Origin: a virus
Taxonomy: Duplodnaviria; Caudoviricetes
Virus record (IMG/VR): IMGVR_UViG_3300030372_001090
Location: 1-61,998 of that record
DNA: 61,998 nucleotides
Reading direction: 5' to 3' (one strand)
Notes under the pieces: generated by a model
Databases searched by the model: none
The model's input: only the letters and a program-made list of their open reading frames with translations
Told to the model about the DNA's origin: nothing
Translations under genes and position numbers: made by a program
Part shown: positions 20,585-28,091 of the stretch, in pieces
Position numbering within the stretch: the first letter of the stretch is position 1
Layout: each line of letters opens with the position of its first letter

Positions 20585-21307
20585 TTAGTTAAAAAATGCC
20601 TGACCATTAGTAGGATCGGCAAAAGTTATTGTTACTTGATTCAAAGAATCGTATTCTACTTCCCCATATACAGTTATGTTTGCATTATTTACAACACTTA
20701 CTGATGGATATTTATTTAAATTGTGAGTTACTACCCAAGGATTTGCATTTGTCGGCTGAGTAAAAACATAATTTTTATCTCCTGAGGTAGCCCCTCCATA
20801 TGTCAGCAAAGATATGAAATAATCTTTATTTTTTATCAAGGTGCCAGCCCCTGCCCTGAAGGTAAGACCGATGTCAAAAAAATCTGGTTCAGCCCCGTCT
20901 TGAACTGCTGAATTCCAGTTATAAACTCCAAAGTTTGAAGGATCATCACATTGTGATATTAAAACTACAGATGATATGAGAGGAACGGAATAATATGAAG
21001 AGACATCAATGTTTGAATTTAACATAAACTTACTCAACATAAATGTTGTTATAGATGAAAAAGCTGGTGTTCCTGCGTCAGAAGTAGAAAATGATATAGT
21101 TCCTGGATTTCTTGTGGTTCCTGTAATCCAGTTTTGATACTTATACCTTAACGCATTAAGTTCAATCTTATTGTTAATATTTAAAAAAGTTGCTATATCA
21201 TCAAAAGTAAAATTTTTAGTTGCCATAGCATTTATGGCGTCACTACCAATAACTTTATCAGTTCCAACTATTACGTCTTGTATGGGATAAGAAGATATTT
21301 TGGCCAT
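20585..21307 (-). CDS. Putative virion/fibre-associated protein
   Basis: N-terminus resembles that of the 1331-aa fibre; C-terminal WVVTHNLNKYPSVSV domain resembles the C-terminus of the 876-aa fibre. Confidence 0.65.
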   Translation of the reverse strand: MAKISSYPIQDVIVGTDKVIGSDAINAMATKNFTFDDIATFLNINNKIELNALRYKYQNWITGTTRNPGTISFSTSDAGTPAFSSITTFMLSKFMLNSNIDVSSYYSVPLISSVVLISQCDDPSNFGVYNWNSAVQDGAEPDFFDIGLTFRAGAGTLIKNKDYFISLLTYGGATSGDKNYVFTQPTNANPWVVTHNLNKYPSVSVVNNANITVYGEVEYDSLNQVTITFADPTNGQAFFN

Positions 21308-21711
21308 TACTTATTTTTGATTTTAGTTCCTTTTTCATATGAGCGTCCACCAAAGTATGCTGCTACAACTGTAACAAGCAAAACTTTTAGCAAATCTTTC
21401 CACTCATCATCAACTACAAAGGTAATAAATCCTGAATCAATAAAAATAAGCAATATTGTGCTAAATATTAAAAAAATTAAAACTGCTGGCCTTACAGATT
21501 TTGATAGCGTATTATCTGAACTCATGTCGCTTTTCCAACGCTCTGTAATATTTTTTTGTTCTTCCGCTACACTATCTGAAAATATTTGTAGCATTTCTTT
21601 TTTAAACTGTTTTTTTTCGTCTGGAGTTTCTACAAACTTATCTACTACATCGCTTACCTTATCGGCTACCTCCATACCTGCCGCTCCAAAAACTTTATTC
21701 CATATACTCAT
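21307..21711 (-). CDS. Holin (GTA/3TM-holin-like)
   Basis: RWKSDM...LSKSVRP, two hydrophobic segments, AYFGGRSYEK; overlaps the endolysin. Confidence 0.75.
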   Translation of the reverse strand: MSIWNKVFGAAGMEVADKVSDVVDKFVETPDEKKQFKKEMLQIFSDSVAEEQKNITERWKSDMSSDNTLSKSVRPAVLIFLIFSTILLIFIDSGFITFVVDDEWKDLLKVLLVTVVAAYFGGRSYEKGTKIKNK

Positions 21712-22121
21712 ATCTTACTATATTCTTTTTTAGCATTAAAACTAGGACAGGCCTTTTTAGAAAAATCATTATGACCATATACAATAGCCTCAGGATGAAA
21801 TTTTTTTAAAGACTTTAATAAAATTATAAGTGATTCTTTTTGCTCTTCTGTTCTGGTGTCTTCCCAACTTTTCATGTCTTTATCCATACCACCAATGTAA
21901 CATATGCCTAAACTATCATAATTGTGACCACTTACATGAGCCCCAAACTTATCAACCATTCTACCATACTCTATTGTTCCGTCTAGTCTAACAACATAAT
22001 GATATCCTATATCACTCCATCCATTACCTTTTACATGCCAGTCTCTTATATCTTCTGCTGAAAAGTCTTTGTTTCTAGGAGTTGCGGAACAATGAACAAT
22101 GAGTTTGTTTATTGTTCTCAT
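21708..22121 (-). CDS. Endolysin, N-acetylmuramoyl-L-alanine amidase (T7 lysozyme/Amidase_2 type)
   Basis: IVHCSAT, GWSDIGYHYVV, GAHVSGHN, GICYIGG, GHNDFSKKACPSF with Zn-binding His/His/Cys. Confidence 0.95.
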   Translation of the reverse strand: MRTINKLIVHCSATPRNKDFSAEDIRDWHVKGNGWSDIGYHYVVRLDGTIEYGRMVDKFGAHVSGHNYDSLGICYIGGMDKDMKSWEDTRTEEQKESLIILLKSLKKFHPEAIVYGHNDFSKKACPSFNAKKEYSKI

Positions 22122-22124
22122 GAT

Positions 22125-22391
22125 TTATTTTTTTAAACTATAAATTCTATCGTCTAATCTGTTTAGAGTTTCTTTCATTTCTAACATTTCTGTTTTTATA
22201 AAAGTAAGCTCTTTTTGAATTTGAATCATTTGTTCTACTGGAACCTCAGAGGGTTTAGGCAATTCTTTTGCTTCTTGTATATCTGCTTGTAAAGTATAGT
22301 ACATACCAACAAAGCCCGATACTAACACAAGTATAGTAAAAAAGTTTTTAGGACTTAAACTAAATTTTGTGTCTTCTGATATTGTAATCAT
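22125..22391 (-). CDS. Single-TM coiled-coil membrane protein (lysis-associated?)
   Basis: TM segment FFTILVLVSGFVGMYY followed by a coiled coil; directly upstream of the endolysin. Confidence 0.6.
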   Translation of the reverse strand: MITISEDTKFSLSPKNFFTILVLVSGFVGMYYTLQADIQEAKELPKPSEVPVEQMIQIQKELTFIKTEMLEMKETLNRLDDRIYSLKK

Positions 22392-22392
22392 A

Positions 22393-23190
22393 CTACCAAA
22401 TAGCTAGACAACTGTTCTGTGCCGATAAAGATGTTCCAGTTGAAAATAATTGTTTTACTAAAACAGGTAAATATTCACCCACTTTGAAGTTCTTGAAAGT
22501 TACGTCATTATTTGCACAAGTTAAAACTCTGATATCTACATATTGAGTAGCATCTCCCATAGAAGCGTTTGCAGTATCACTACCAACATAAAGCAAACAA
22601 CAGTCTGCTGATTGCATTACAGTAGATCCATTAGCACCTCTTGCTGAACCTAAAAATATTTTGTAGTTGTCGTCATATGTTGTTGATGTTCCGAATATAT
22701 CTGTATCTAAAGTTAGTGCAGAACCATTTACACCAGTAACAAGTGCCTGCGTGCTTGCAGTTGTGTTGTAAACTAAGTCTCCTTCCCCAACTCCTAATGC
22801 TTTGAAATCATAAGTTGTATCAGCTAAAAGGTTTGGTCTAATAACTACATAATTTTCTCCTCCTCCTGCTGCATTGAATATAGCCGTTCCCAATACTAAA
22901 GCATCAGCAGCTATATCTGTAATAGTTGCACTTGCTGGAGTGCTTAAGTTAAACGCTTTATCTCCGCCAGCCGCAGTTGTTTGAACTGGTAATGGAGCAA
23001 CAGTAGAAGTAAAATCAACCCCTGTGTCTGTTAGATTTGAAGTACCACCTGAAGTTGTAGCTCCTGATATAACCTGTTTGCTTGTTCCTGTCAATGACTG
23101 AACTAATGCTGCCGCAGGTATATGATTAACATCGTCTGCAAAAACTTGTTGTGCTAGACCTGTATTTACTTGTATTTTTTGATATGCCAT
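22393..23190 (-). CDS. Putative virion structural protein
   Basis: 265 aa, T/G/A-rich, with an internal repeat (NLTDTGVDF / NLLADTTYDF); C-terminal GEYLPVLVKQLFSTGT. Confidence 0.6.
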   Translation of the reverse strand: MAYQKIQVNTGLAQQVFADDVNHIPAAALVQSLTGTSKQVISGATTSGGTSNLTDTGVDFTSTVAPLPVQTTAAGGDKAFNLSTPASATITDIAADALVLGTAIFNAAGGGENYVVIRPNLLADTTYDFKALGVGEGDLVYNTTASTQALVTGVNGSALTLDTDIFGTSTTYDDNYKIFLGSARGANGSTVMQSADCCLLYVGSDTANASMGDATQYVDIRVLTCANNDVTFKNFKVGEYLPVLVKQLFSTGTSLSAQNSCLAIW

Positions 23191-23195
23191 TTTTA

Positions 23196-23390
23196 TTATC
23201 TTTTATATGGAAACACTCTATTTAAAGTATCTCTTCTTTGTCCGCAACCACAGTCATCCATGCCTGCTGCTTTTGCCATTCTATTTGCTACCTTATCTAA
23301 TCCTGTAGCTTTTGTAACCTTTGCTATTGTGTCGCCTAGACCTCTAGACTTTCTATTTACATTTTGCATGTGCATGATTCGTTTGGACAT
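23196..23390 (-). CDS. Small basic protein (SRGLGDT...DCGCGQRRDTLN)
   Basis: 64 aa with a CGC motif; part of the basic-protein cluster. Confidence 0.7.
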   Translation of the reverse strand: MSKRIMHMQNVNRKSRGLGDTIAKVTKATGLDKVANRMAKAAGMDDCGCGQRRDTLNRVFPYKR

Positions 23391-23452
23391 CTCTCTACGT
23401 TTATTGTTAAGAGGATCATAACACTATTCCATTTGCATTGTAAATAATGATA

Positions 23453-23460
23453 CAAAGATA
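23453..23460 (-). promoter_or_regulatory. Bacteroidota-type -7 promoter box (TATCTTTG)
   Basis: Intergenic TAnnTTTG. Confidence 0.6.
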
Positions 23461-23480
23461 TTAATTTTTCTTTCATTTTT

Positions 23481-23705
23481 TTATCTGTTTCTTATTCTAT
23501 CGTTTATTGCAGTCTTTGGTCTAGCTCTAATAAACTGAACAACAGGTGCAGGTGCTCTATTATTTTCTTTTTCTTTTTTAACCTTACCTGGAACGCCAGA
23601 TGTTTTGATTGCAACTTTTTCTTCATATGTTAAATTAGGAACAGCCTTAGGTTCTTTCTTTAACAAGTCTTTCTTTTTACTTTTTGTTTTAGTTTTTTTA
23701 GCCAT
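23481..23705 (-). CDS. Small Lys-rich protein
   Basis: 74 aa, starts MAKKTKTKSKKK. Confidence 0.7.
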   Translation of the reverse strand: MAKKTKTKSKKKDLLKKEPKAVPNLTYEEKVAIKTSGVPGKVKKEKENNRAPAPVVQFIRARPKTAINDRIRNR

Positions 23706-23720
23706 AATATTTAATTTAAA

Positions 23721-23927
23721 TTACTTTCTTTTAGCCCTACACCCAAAGTTATTAGCGTAGTTAGCCATTTTTACCACAGACTCAGAATATTTTTCAGTAT
23801 CTTTCATTACTGCTGACGCAGCACTACAAGCATCCTTGAATCCATTTCTTTTAGCCCATGAGGTAAACTTACCCTGATTTGCTTTTTTAATCTCAGGGAA
23901 GTCACCTTTTTTTGTACGACCAGCCAT
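23721..23927 (-). CDS. Small basic protein
   Basis: 68 aa; NQGKFTSWAK...MANYANNF; TAATG coupling. Confidence 0.7.
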   Translation of the reverse strand: MAGRTKKGDFPEIKKANQGKFTSWAKRNGFKDACSAASAVMKDTEKYSESVVKMANYANNFGCRAKRK

Positions 23928-24121
23928 TACTTTAAGTGATCGTGAGTTTTCCAGTTAGACATATGTCTGTAAGACATAGACTTATCTGCTCCGTATGAGT
24001 GACCATACATTTTCTTAGACATTGCTTTTGACTCGTCTCTTCTGTCTTTCATTGACTGAGATTTTTTTCCATTTCTGGATCCCATAGACTCATCTAGTCT
24101 TGCGTTGTATCCTTGTTTCAT
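23927..24121 (-). CDS. Small basic, Met/Ser-rich protein
   Basis: 64 aa, QGYNARLDESMG...RRDESKAM. Confidence 0.7.
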   Translation of the reverse strand: MKQGYNARLDESMGSRNGKKSQSMKDRRDESKAMSKKMYGHSYGADKSMSYRHMSNWKTHDHLK

Positions 24122-24140
24122 TTTTTTTTGTTTTTAATAA

Positions 24141-24311
24141 TTAATAACCTGAACTCATTTTCTTCTCCATTCCATAACCTGGATTGTCCTTCTTTGTACC
24201 TCCCATAGTTTTAGCAAAAGTAGCAGCTTGTGCTTTACCTACTGCATTATATGGAAATGTTTTCTTTTTCATTTTGCCACTATCTGGGCATTTGTATTTT
24301 ACTGTTGGCAT
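24141..24311 (-). CDS. Small basic protein (56 aa, MPTVKYKCPDSGKMKKKTFPYNAVGKAQA...)
   Basis: Not in the ORF track; manually translated; fills the gap in the operon. Confidence 0.7.
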   Translation of the reverse strand: MPTVKYKCPDSGKMKKKTFPYNAVGKAQAATFAKTMGGTKKDNPGYGMEKKMSSGY

Positions 24312-24313
24312 AA

Positions 24314-24496
24314 CTAAGATTTTTTATTTTTTTTATTTGTTTTATTTTTATTCATGGTAGCTCCCGCTATTCTATCAGCTTTAGTTATATTTGGATTATT
24401 GTCAATACCTGCTTTAATACTTAACAAACCAAATTTATCTATATCTTTATTTTTAAAAGCTATACTATTATAGTCTTTCTTATTCATTTTAGCCAT
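24314..24496 (-). CDS. Small basic protein
   Basis: 60 aa, FGLLSIKAGIDNNPNITKADRIAGA. Confidence 0.7.
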   Translation of the reverse strand: MAKMNKKDYNSIAFKNKDIDKFGLLSIKAGIDNNPNITKADRIAGATMNKNKTNKKNKKS

Positions 24497-24996
24497 TATA
24501 ATCTTTTTCTATTAGGATTCTTTTTTCTATTTCTCATTTTGTTTTTGAGCTTTTTAACTTTATCTTTTACTCCTCTAGCTACTCCTGCTGCTAATCCTCC
24601 TGCTACTGCTAACGCTCCTGTTTTCATTGCTGCACCTGCAAGAATTGGATTTGCTGCTATTGCCATTCCTACTCCTGTTCCTTTTGCTAATGCTTTTGCT
24701 CCAGATTTAAGCCCTCTAACTACAGATCTTTTTCTTGCATTTTTTCGTTGTTTACGGGTGGTTGTTGTAGTTTTTCCGTCTTTAGTTTTAGTTATAGTTG
24801 CACCCTTTACCCCTTTTTTATACTCACGAGTTTTAGTAGCTCCACTTTTTTTAGTCTTAGTAGTTTTAAATGCTTTTTTCTTGCCAGCCTTAAACTCCTT
24901 AACTTTTTTTACAGAACCGTCTCTTCTTCTTTTAGTGACTGTCTTACTTCCGTCTTTATTGACAGTTGTAGTTTTTCTTTTTGTTTTTAAGGCCAT
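24496..24996 (-). CDS. Very basic Lys/Arg/Thr-rich protein with a Gly/Ala hydrophobic segment
   Basis: 166 aa; KDGSKT/RDGSVK/KDGKT hairpin repeats; AAMKTGALAVAGGLAAGVA. Confidence 0.7.
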   Translation of the reverse strand: MALKTKRKTTTVNKDGSKTVTKRRRDGSVKKVKEFKAGKKKAFKTTKTKKSGATKTREYKKGVKGATITKTKDGKTTTTTRKQRKNARKRSVVRGLKSGAKALAKGTGVGMAIAANPILAGAAMKTGALAVAGGLAAGVARGVKDKVKKLKNKMRNRKKNPNRKRL

Positions 24997-25010
24997 TAGT
25001 TATTTTTTTA

Positions 25011-25018
25011 CAAATATA
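25011..25018 (-). promoter_or_regulatory. Bacteroidota-type -7 promoter box (TATATTTG)
   Basis: Intergenic, 15 nt upstream of ATG 24996. Confidence 0.65.
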
Positions 25019-25030
25019 ATAATTATATAA

Positions 25031-25327
25031 TTAGCATTTCCAACGTCTTCTCGCTTGACGTATTCTTGAGTTTGGGTTGTTTCGTGTTTTAGCACTACTT
25101 CTTTTTAATTGCCCTAAACTTCTAGCACAATAAGACTTTCTTCTTTTTGCAGACTTACTACCAGCTTTTACCTTACCCGTAACAGCAGTTTTTAACTTAC
25201 TACCTGGATTAGCCTTACGATATGCAGCTACTCCTTTTTTAGTCATGCCAGCTCCTGACTTTGTCTTTCTGTAGTTACCGCCTTTTCCTATACTTCTTTT
25301 TATAGGTTTTGCTTTTGCTCTTGCCAT
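25031..25327 (-). CDS. Basic protein with RRKSYCARS...RRRWKC motif (DUF6321-like, from memory)
   Basis: 98 aa; GMTKKGVAAYRKANPGSKLK and RRKSYCAR motifs of a kind I recall from marine phage proteins. Confidence 0.7.
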   Translation of the reverse strand: MARAKAKPIKRSIGKGGNYRKTKSGAGMTKKGVAAYRKANPGSKLKTAVTGKVKAGSKSAKRRKSYCARSLGQLKRSSAKTRNNPNSRIRQARRRWKC

Positions 25328-25566
25328 TATGATCTTACTTTAGCTGCTCTTGTATTACTAACTACTGTTTTTCCTCTAGCTCCAGCTTTTTTCTTTTTAC
25401 GAGCTGTTGCTGCTCTTTGTCTTCTAGATAAGCTATTAGCCTTTGCTCTGGGTAAACATCTATCTGGATTCTTTTTGTCTTTAGAAGTACCGCACTTGCC
25501 TTTTATTTTACCATCAGCACCGATTCTTACCCAGTCTTGTTTAACCCAATTCTTAAGTGCCCCCAT
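25327..25566 (-). CDS. Basic protein with LKNWVKQDWV...CG...RCLP motif (DUF5872-like, from memory)
   Basis: 79 aa; TAATG coupling on both sides. Confidence 0.7.
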   Translation of the reverse strand: MGALKNWVKQDWVRIGADGKIKGKCGTSKDKKNPDRCLPRAKANSLSRRQRAATARKKKKAGARGKTVVSNTRAAKVRS

Positions 25567-25697
25567 TACTTCTTTTTCTTTGGAGTGCTCTTCATTGACT
25601 TTAACATTTTATCTATCTTAGCTGCTTGGCCTTTATGCATAGCAGATGCTTTTTTTAATTCCGAAGCTATTTTTTTAAGTTTATTTTTATCTATCAT
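25566..25697 (-). CDS. Small basic protein (43 aa, MIDKNKLKKIASELKKASAMHKGQA...)
   Basis: Not in the ORF track; ATGA and TAATG overlaps with its neighbours. Confidence 0.7.
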   Translation of the reverse strand: MIDKNKLKKIASELKKASAMHKGQAAKIDKMLKSMKSTPKKKK

Positions 25698-25855
25698 TTT
25701 TTTGATTTTTTTGCGTAGTTAGGGTCTTTACAATATTTACTTGCAGCCATGTTTGCATATGCACTTGGATAAGTATCAAATGTTCTCTTAGCCCAAGCTA
25801 TACCTGCTGCACAAATTTTGTTTCCCTTACTTTTTGTTCTACCTTTTTTTGCCAT
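25694..25855 (-). CDS. Small basic protein (53 aa, ...KICAAGIAWAKRTFDTYPSAYANMAASKYCK...)
   Basis: Not in the ORF track; YPSAYA motif and two Cys; coupled to both neighbours. Confidence 0.75.
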   Translation of the reverse strand: MAKKGRTKSKGNKICAAGIAWAKRTFDTYPSAYANMAASKYCKDPNYAKKSKK

Positions 25856-26331
25856 TATCTTTTAGTATTTCTTCTGTTCATAAAATTCTTTTTAGCATCA
25901 GACCTAGCCTTCAACATTCTTTTACCAACATTCTTTACCTTGTTGAAAAACTCATCTCTTGGATCATTTTTCTTTGGTTTACCAGGCTTTTTTGCCTTCC
26001 TCATTTTTTCCTCCAACATTAACTTACGTTTTTGATAAGGAGTCAGTTTGTCCGCTTTCTTATCTTTAAGAGTAGGCTTCTTCATTTTCTTTTTATCTTC
26101 CATCATTTTAAGCCTTTTCTTTTTCTCCATAGCCTTTTTTCTATCTTCAATAGCTTTTGGATTCTTATTGATTTTTTTCTGAATCTTTTTCTTTCTAGTC
26201 TCCTGAATTTTTGTTCTGAGCTTTTTTAAAGGAGCTTTCTTTTTGCTCTTTAACTTCTTTATTCTGTCAGCAGCTTTTTTTCTTTTTTCAACTAGCTTGT
26301 TGAGTTTTTCTCTGTCGGTTTTTTTTGCCAT
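25855..26331 (-). CDS. Very Lys-rich helical protein
   Basis: 158 aa; first gene after the promoter box at 26351. Confidence 0.7.
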   Translation of the reverse strand: MAKKTDREKLNKLVEKRKKAADRIKKLKSKKKAPLKKLRTKIQETRKKKIQKKINKNPKAIEDRKKAMEKKKRLKMMEDKKKMKKPTLKDKKADKLTPYQKRKLMLEEKMRKAKKPGKPKKNDPRDEFFNKVKNVGKRMLKARSDAKKNFMNRRNTKR

Positions 26332-26350
26332 GGTAGTAATTTTATTTTAA

Positions 26351-26358
26351 CAAAGATA
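26351..26358 (-). promoter_or_regulatory. Bacteroidota-type -7 promoter box (TATCTTTG)
   Basis: Intergenic, 20 nt upstream of ATG 26331. Confidence 0.65.
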
Positions 26359-26372
26359 GTAAAGATTTTTTA

Positions 26373-26798
26373 TTATAATTCTATGTTTTGTTGTAGCCAT
26401 CTGAATGCTTTGTTTACTAAACTATTTTCTTTTTTCTTTTTTTTAGCCAAACAAACTTTGCATAAAGAATCGGATACGCTAACTCTAACAGAGTCTACTA
26501 CTTGGGTAACAACAATCTTATAATCATATACTATACTATCTGTGCTTATTAGTTTTAAATTATTTAATTCATATATACTGTCAGTATACTTCTTTTCTAT
26601 TTTTTTTATATCTCTCTTCTTTCTCCATAAGTCTTGTTCTAACAAAACTTTTTGTTTTTTTTCTTTGTGAACCTGTTTTATTGTGGCATCAGCCAAACTA
26701 TCTAGGTCTATGCTAGTTGCATCGTCCATATCAGGTAGGGTTTCTGGCTGAGAACAAGACGATACTAAAAACAATAATATTAAAACACACCTAGTCAT
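26373..26798 (-). CDS. Lipoprotein, possible o-spanin
   Basis: Signal peptide with lipobox LVSS|C; overlaps the upstream TM coiled-coil gene. Confidence 0.55.
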   Translation of the reverse strand: MTRCVLILLFLVSSCSQPETLPDMDDATSIDLDSLADATIKQVHKEKKQKVLLEQDLWRKKRDIKKIEKKYTDSIYELNNLKLISTDSIVYDYKIVVTQVVDSVRVSVSDSLCKVCLAKKKKKENSLVNKAFRWLQQNIEL

Positions 26799-27006
26799 TG
26801 ATTTCCTGTAGAGTCTGTATAAATTTATCGTTTAACTTTTTGTAATCACTACGCAAAGTTATAACTTCTTCTTGTAATGCCTTAATCTGGTTGGTAAGTG
26901 TAGTTTTATTGTCTATATATAAGTAACCTATAGCTATAAGACAGAAAAATAATACACCAATTATAGGATTGGCAGCAAAATCTTTAAAATCTATGGGTGA
27001 TTTCAT
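26791..27006 (-). CDS. Inner-membrane coiled-coil protein, possible i-spanin
   Basis: TM segment PIIGVLFFCLIAIGYLYI followed by heptad repeats. Confidence 0.55.
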   Translation of the reverse strand: MKSPIDFKDFAANPIIGVLFFCLIAIGYLYIDNKTTLTNQIKALQEEVITLRSDYKKLNDKFIQTLQEIND

Positions 27007-27215
27007 TAATTTTCTGGTATTACAAGTGTATATCCGTTTTCTTTCATACTAACGCTTACATATGCGTCATCATAAGTAATATATTCGCCACTATCTAGCA
27101 TATCTATAATTATTTCCTCATCAATAGTAGGAATATAATCTTCTATTTGGTAATCAGGTAGTATATATTCGTTGATATAGTCTATATACTCCTGTGATCC
27201 TTTTACTATTTCCAT
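27006..27215 (-). CDS. Small acidic hypothetical protein
   Basis: 69 aa, D/E/Y-rich; follows the promoter box at 27230. Confidence 0.65.
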   Translation of the reverse strand: MEIVKGSQEYIDYINEYILPDYQIEDYIPTIDEEIIIDMLDSGEYITYDDAYVSVSMKENGYTLVIPEN

Positions 27216-27229
27216 TTTTTGTATTTTTA

Positions 27230-27237
27230 CAAAGATA
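27230..27237 (-). promoter_or_regulatory. Bacteroidota-type -7 promoter box (TATCTTTG)
   Basis: Lies in the 35-nt divergent gap. Confidence 0.6.
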
Positions 27238-27250
27238 TAAATTTAATTAA

Positions 27251-27691
27251 ATGTTTAATACCGACAAAAACTACCTGAAATATTGGAGGGTGGTGCGATT
27301 CTGGGTGAAAGCCAAACACAATTTAAGTACGCCAGAGTTAGAAATGCTTCTGTTTTTATATAGTGAAGAATATTTTAACAAAACTAAGTTCAAAGAGTTT
27401 GAACAATTAATGTCTTGGGATATAAATAGGTTTGACAACCTGCTCAAAGATGGGTGGATAAAAGTTTGGCGTAAGAAATCAGGTAAATATACTACTCTTT
27501 ACGAGCTTTCCTATAAAGGAAAGCGAGTCGTTGCGACAATATACAAGAAACTTAGTGGTGAAGAGATAGCAGAATCGCCAGGACTAAACCCTTTGTTTAG
27601 ATCTGATGCCACATATATGCAGAAAGTGTATAGAAACTCTATAAAAGAAATGAATGAGTTTATAAAACAACAACGATATCTCTCTCAGTAA
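27251..27691 (+). CDS. Winged-helix (MarR-like) DNA-binding protein
   Basis: LSTPELEMLLFL...LLKDGWIKVWR...LYELSYKGK pattern; the only plus-strand gene in the late block. Confidence 0.65.
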   Translation: MFNTDKNYLKYWRVVRFWVKAKHNLSTPELEMLLFLYSEEYFNKTKFKEFEQLMSWDINRFDNLLKDGWIKVWRKKSGKYTTLYELSYKGKRVVATIYKKLSGEEIAESPGLNPLFRSDATYMQKVYRNSIKEMNEFIKQQRYLSQ

Positions 27692-27917
27692 TAACAGTAT
27701 AAGTAATATTATTGAGAAGCAAGCTAAAGCCAGCAGACTTATCATAGTAAATAATATCGTGTTCTTTGATTTCATTGACTTCTGTCCCTGGTTTTACAAC
27801 TTTACCTTTTCTATATCTAAACTCATTCGCATCTGTAGCTGTTAATAACAAGCCTGATTTAGTTTTTAATTGTTCTTCTATAGTTTCTATAACTATATAC
27901 TTACCTATTGGCTTCAT
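27660..27917 (-). CDS. groES: Co-chaperonin GroES
   Basis: MKPIGKYIVI, mobile loop KTKSGLLL, GKVVKPG, VITERDIVVV. Confidence 0.9.
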   Translation of the reverse strand: MKPIGKYIVIETIEEQLKTKSGLLLTATDANEFRYRKGKVVKPGTEVNEIKEHDIIYYDKSAGFSLLLNNITYTVITERDIVVVL

Positions 27918-27920
27918 ATT

Positions 27921-28091
27921 TTAATCTTTAAATATAGCATAAATTTTTGCTTTTCGTGAAGACGATGTAATCTTGCCTTTGATGGTTCTTGTAGGCACTT
28001 CACAAATAAGTTCTCTACGAGGCTCTGTTTCTATAATTTGAGCCGCAGGCTCAAATTTTGGATTTTTAGAGTTCAGCTTTCTTTTCTTCAT
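27921..28091 (-). CDS. Small hypothetical protein between groEL and groES (56 aa, MKKRKLNSKNPKFEP...)
   Basis: Not in the ORF track; overlaps the groEL 3' end and stops 3 nt before groES. Confidence 0.6.
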   Translation of the reverse strand: MKKRKLNSKNPKFEPAAQIIETEPRRELICEVPTRTIKGKITSSSRKAKIYAIFKD

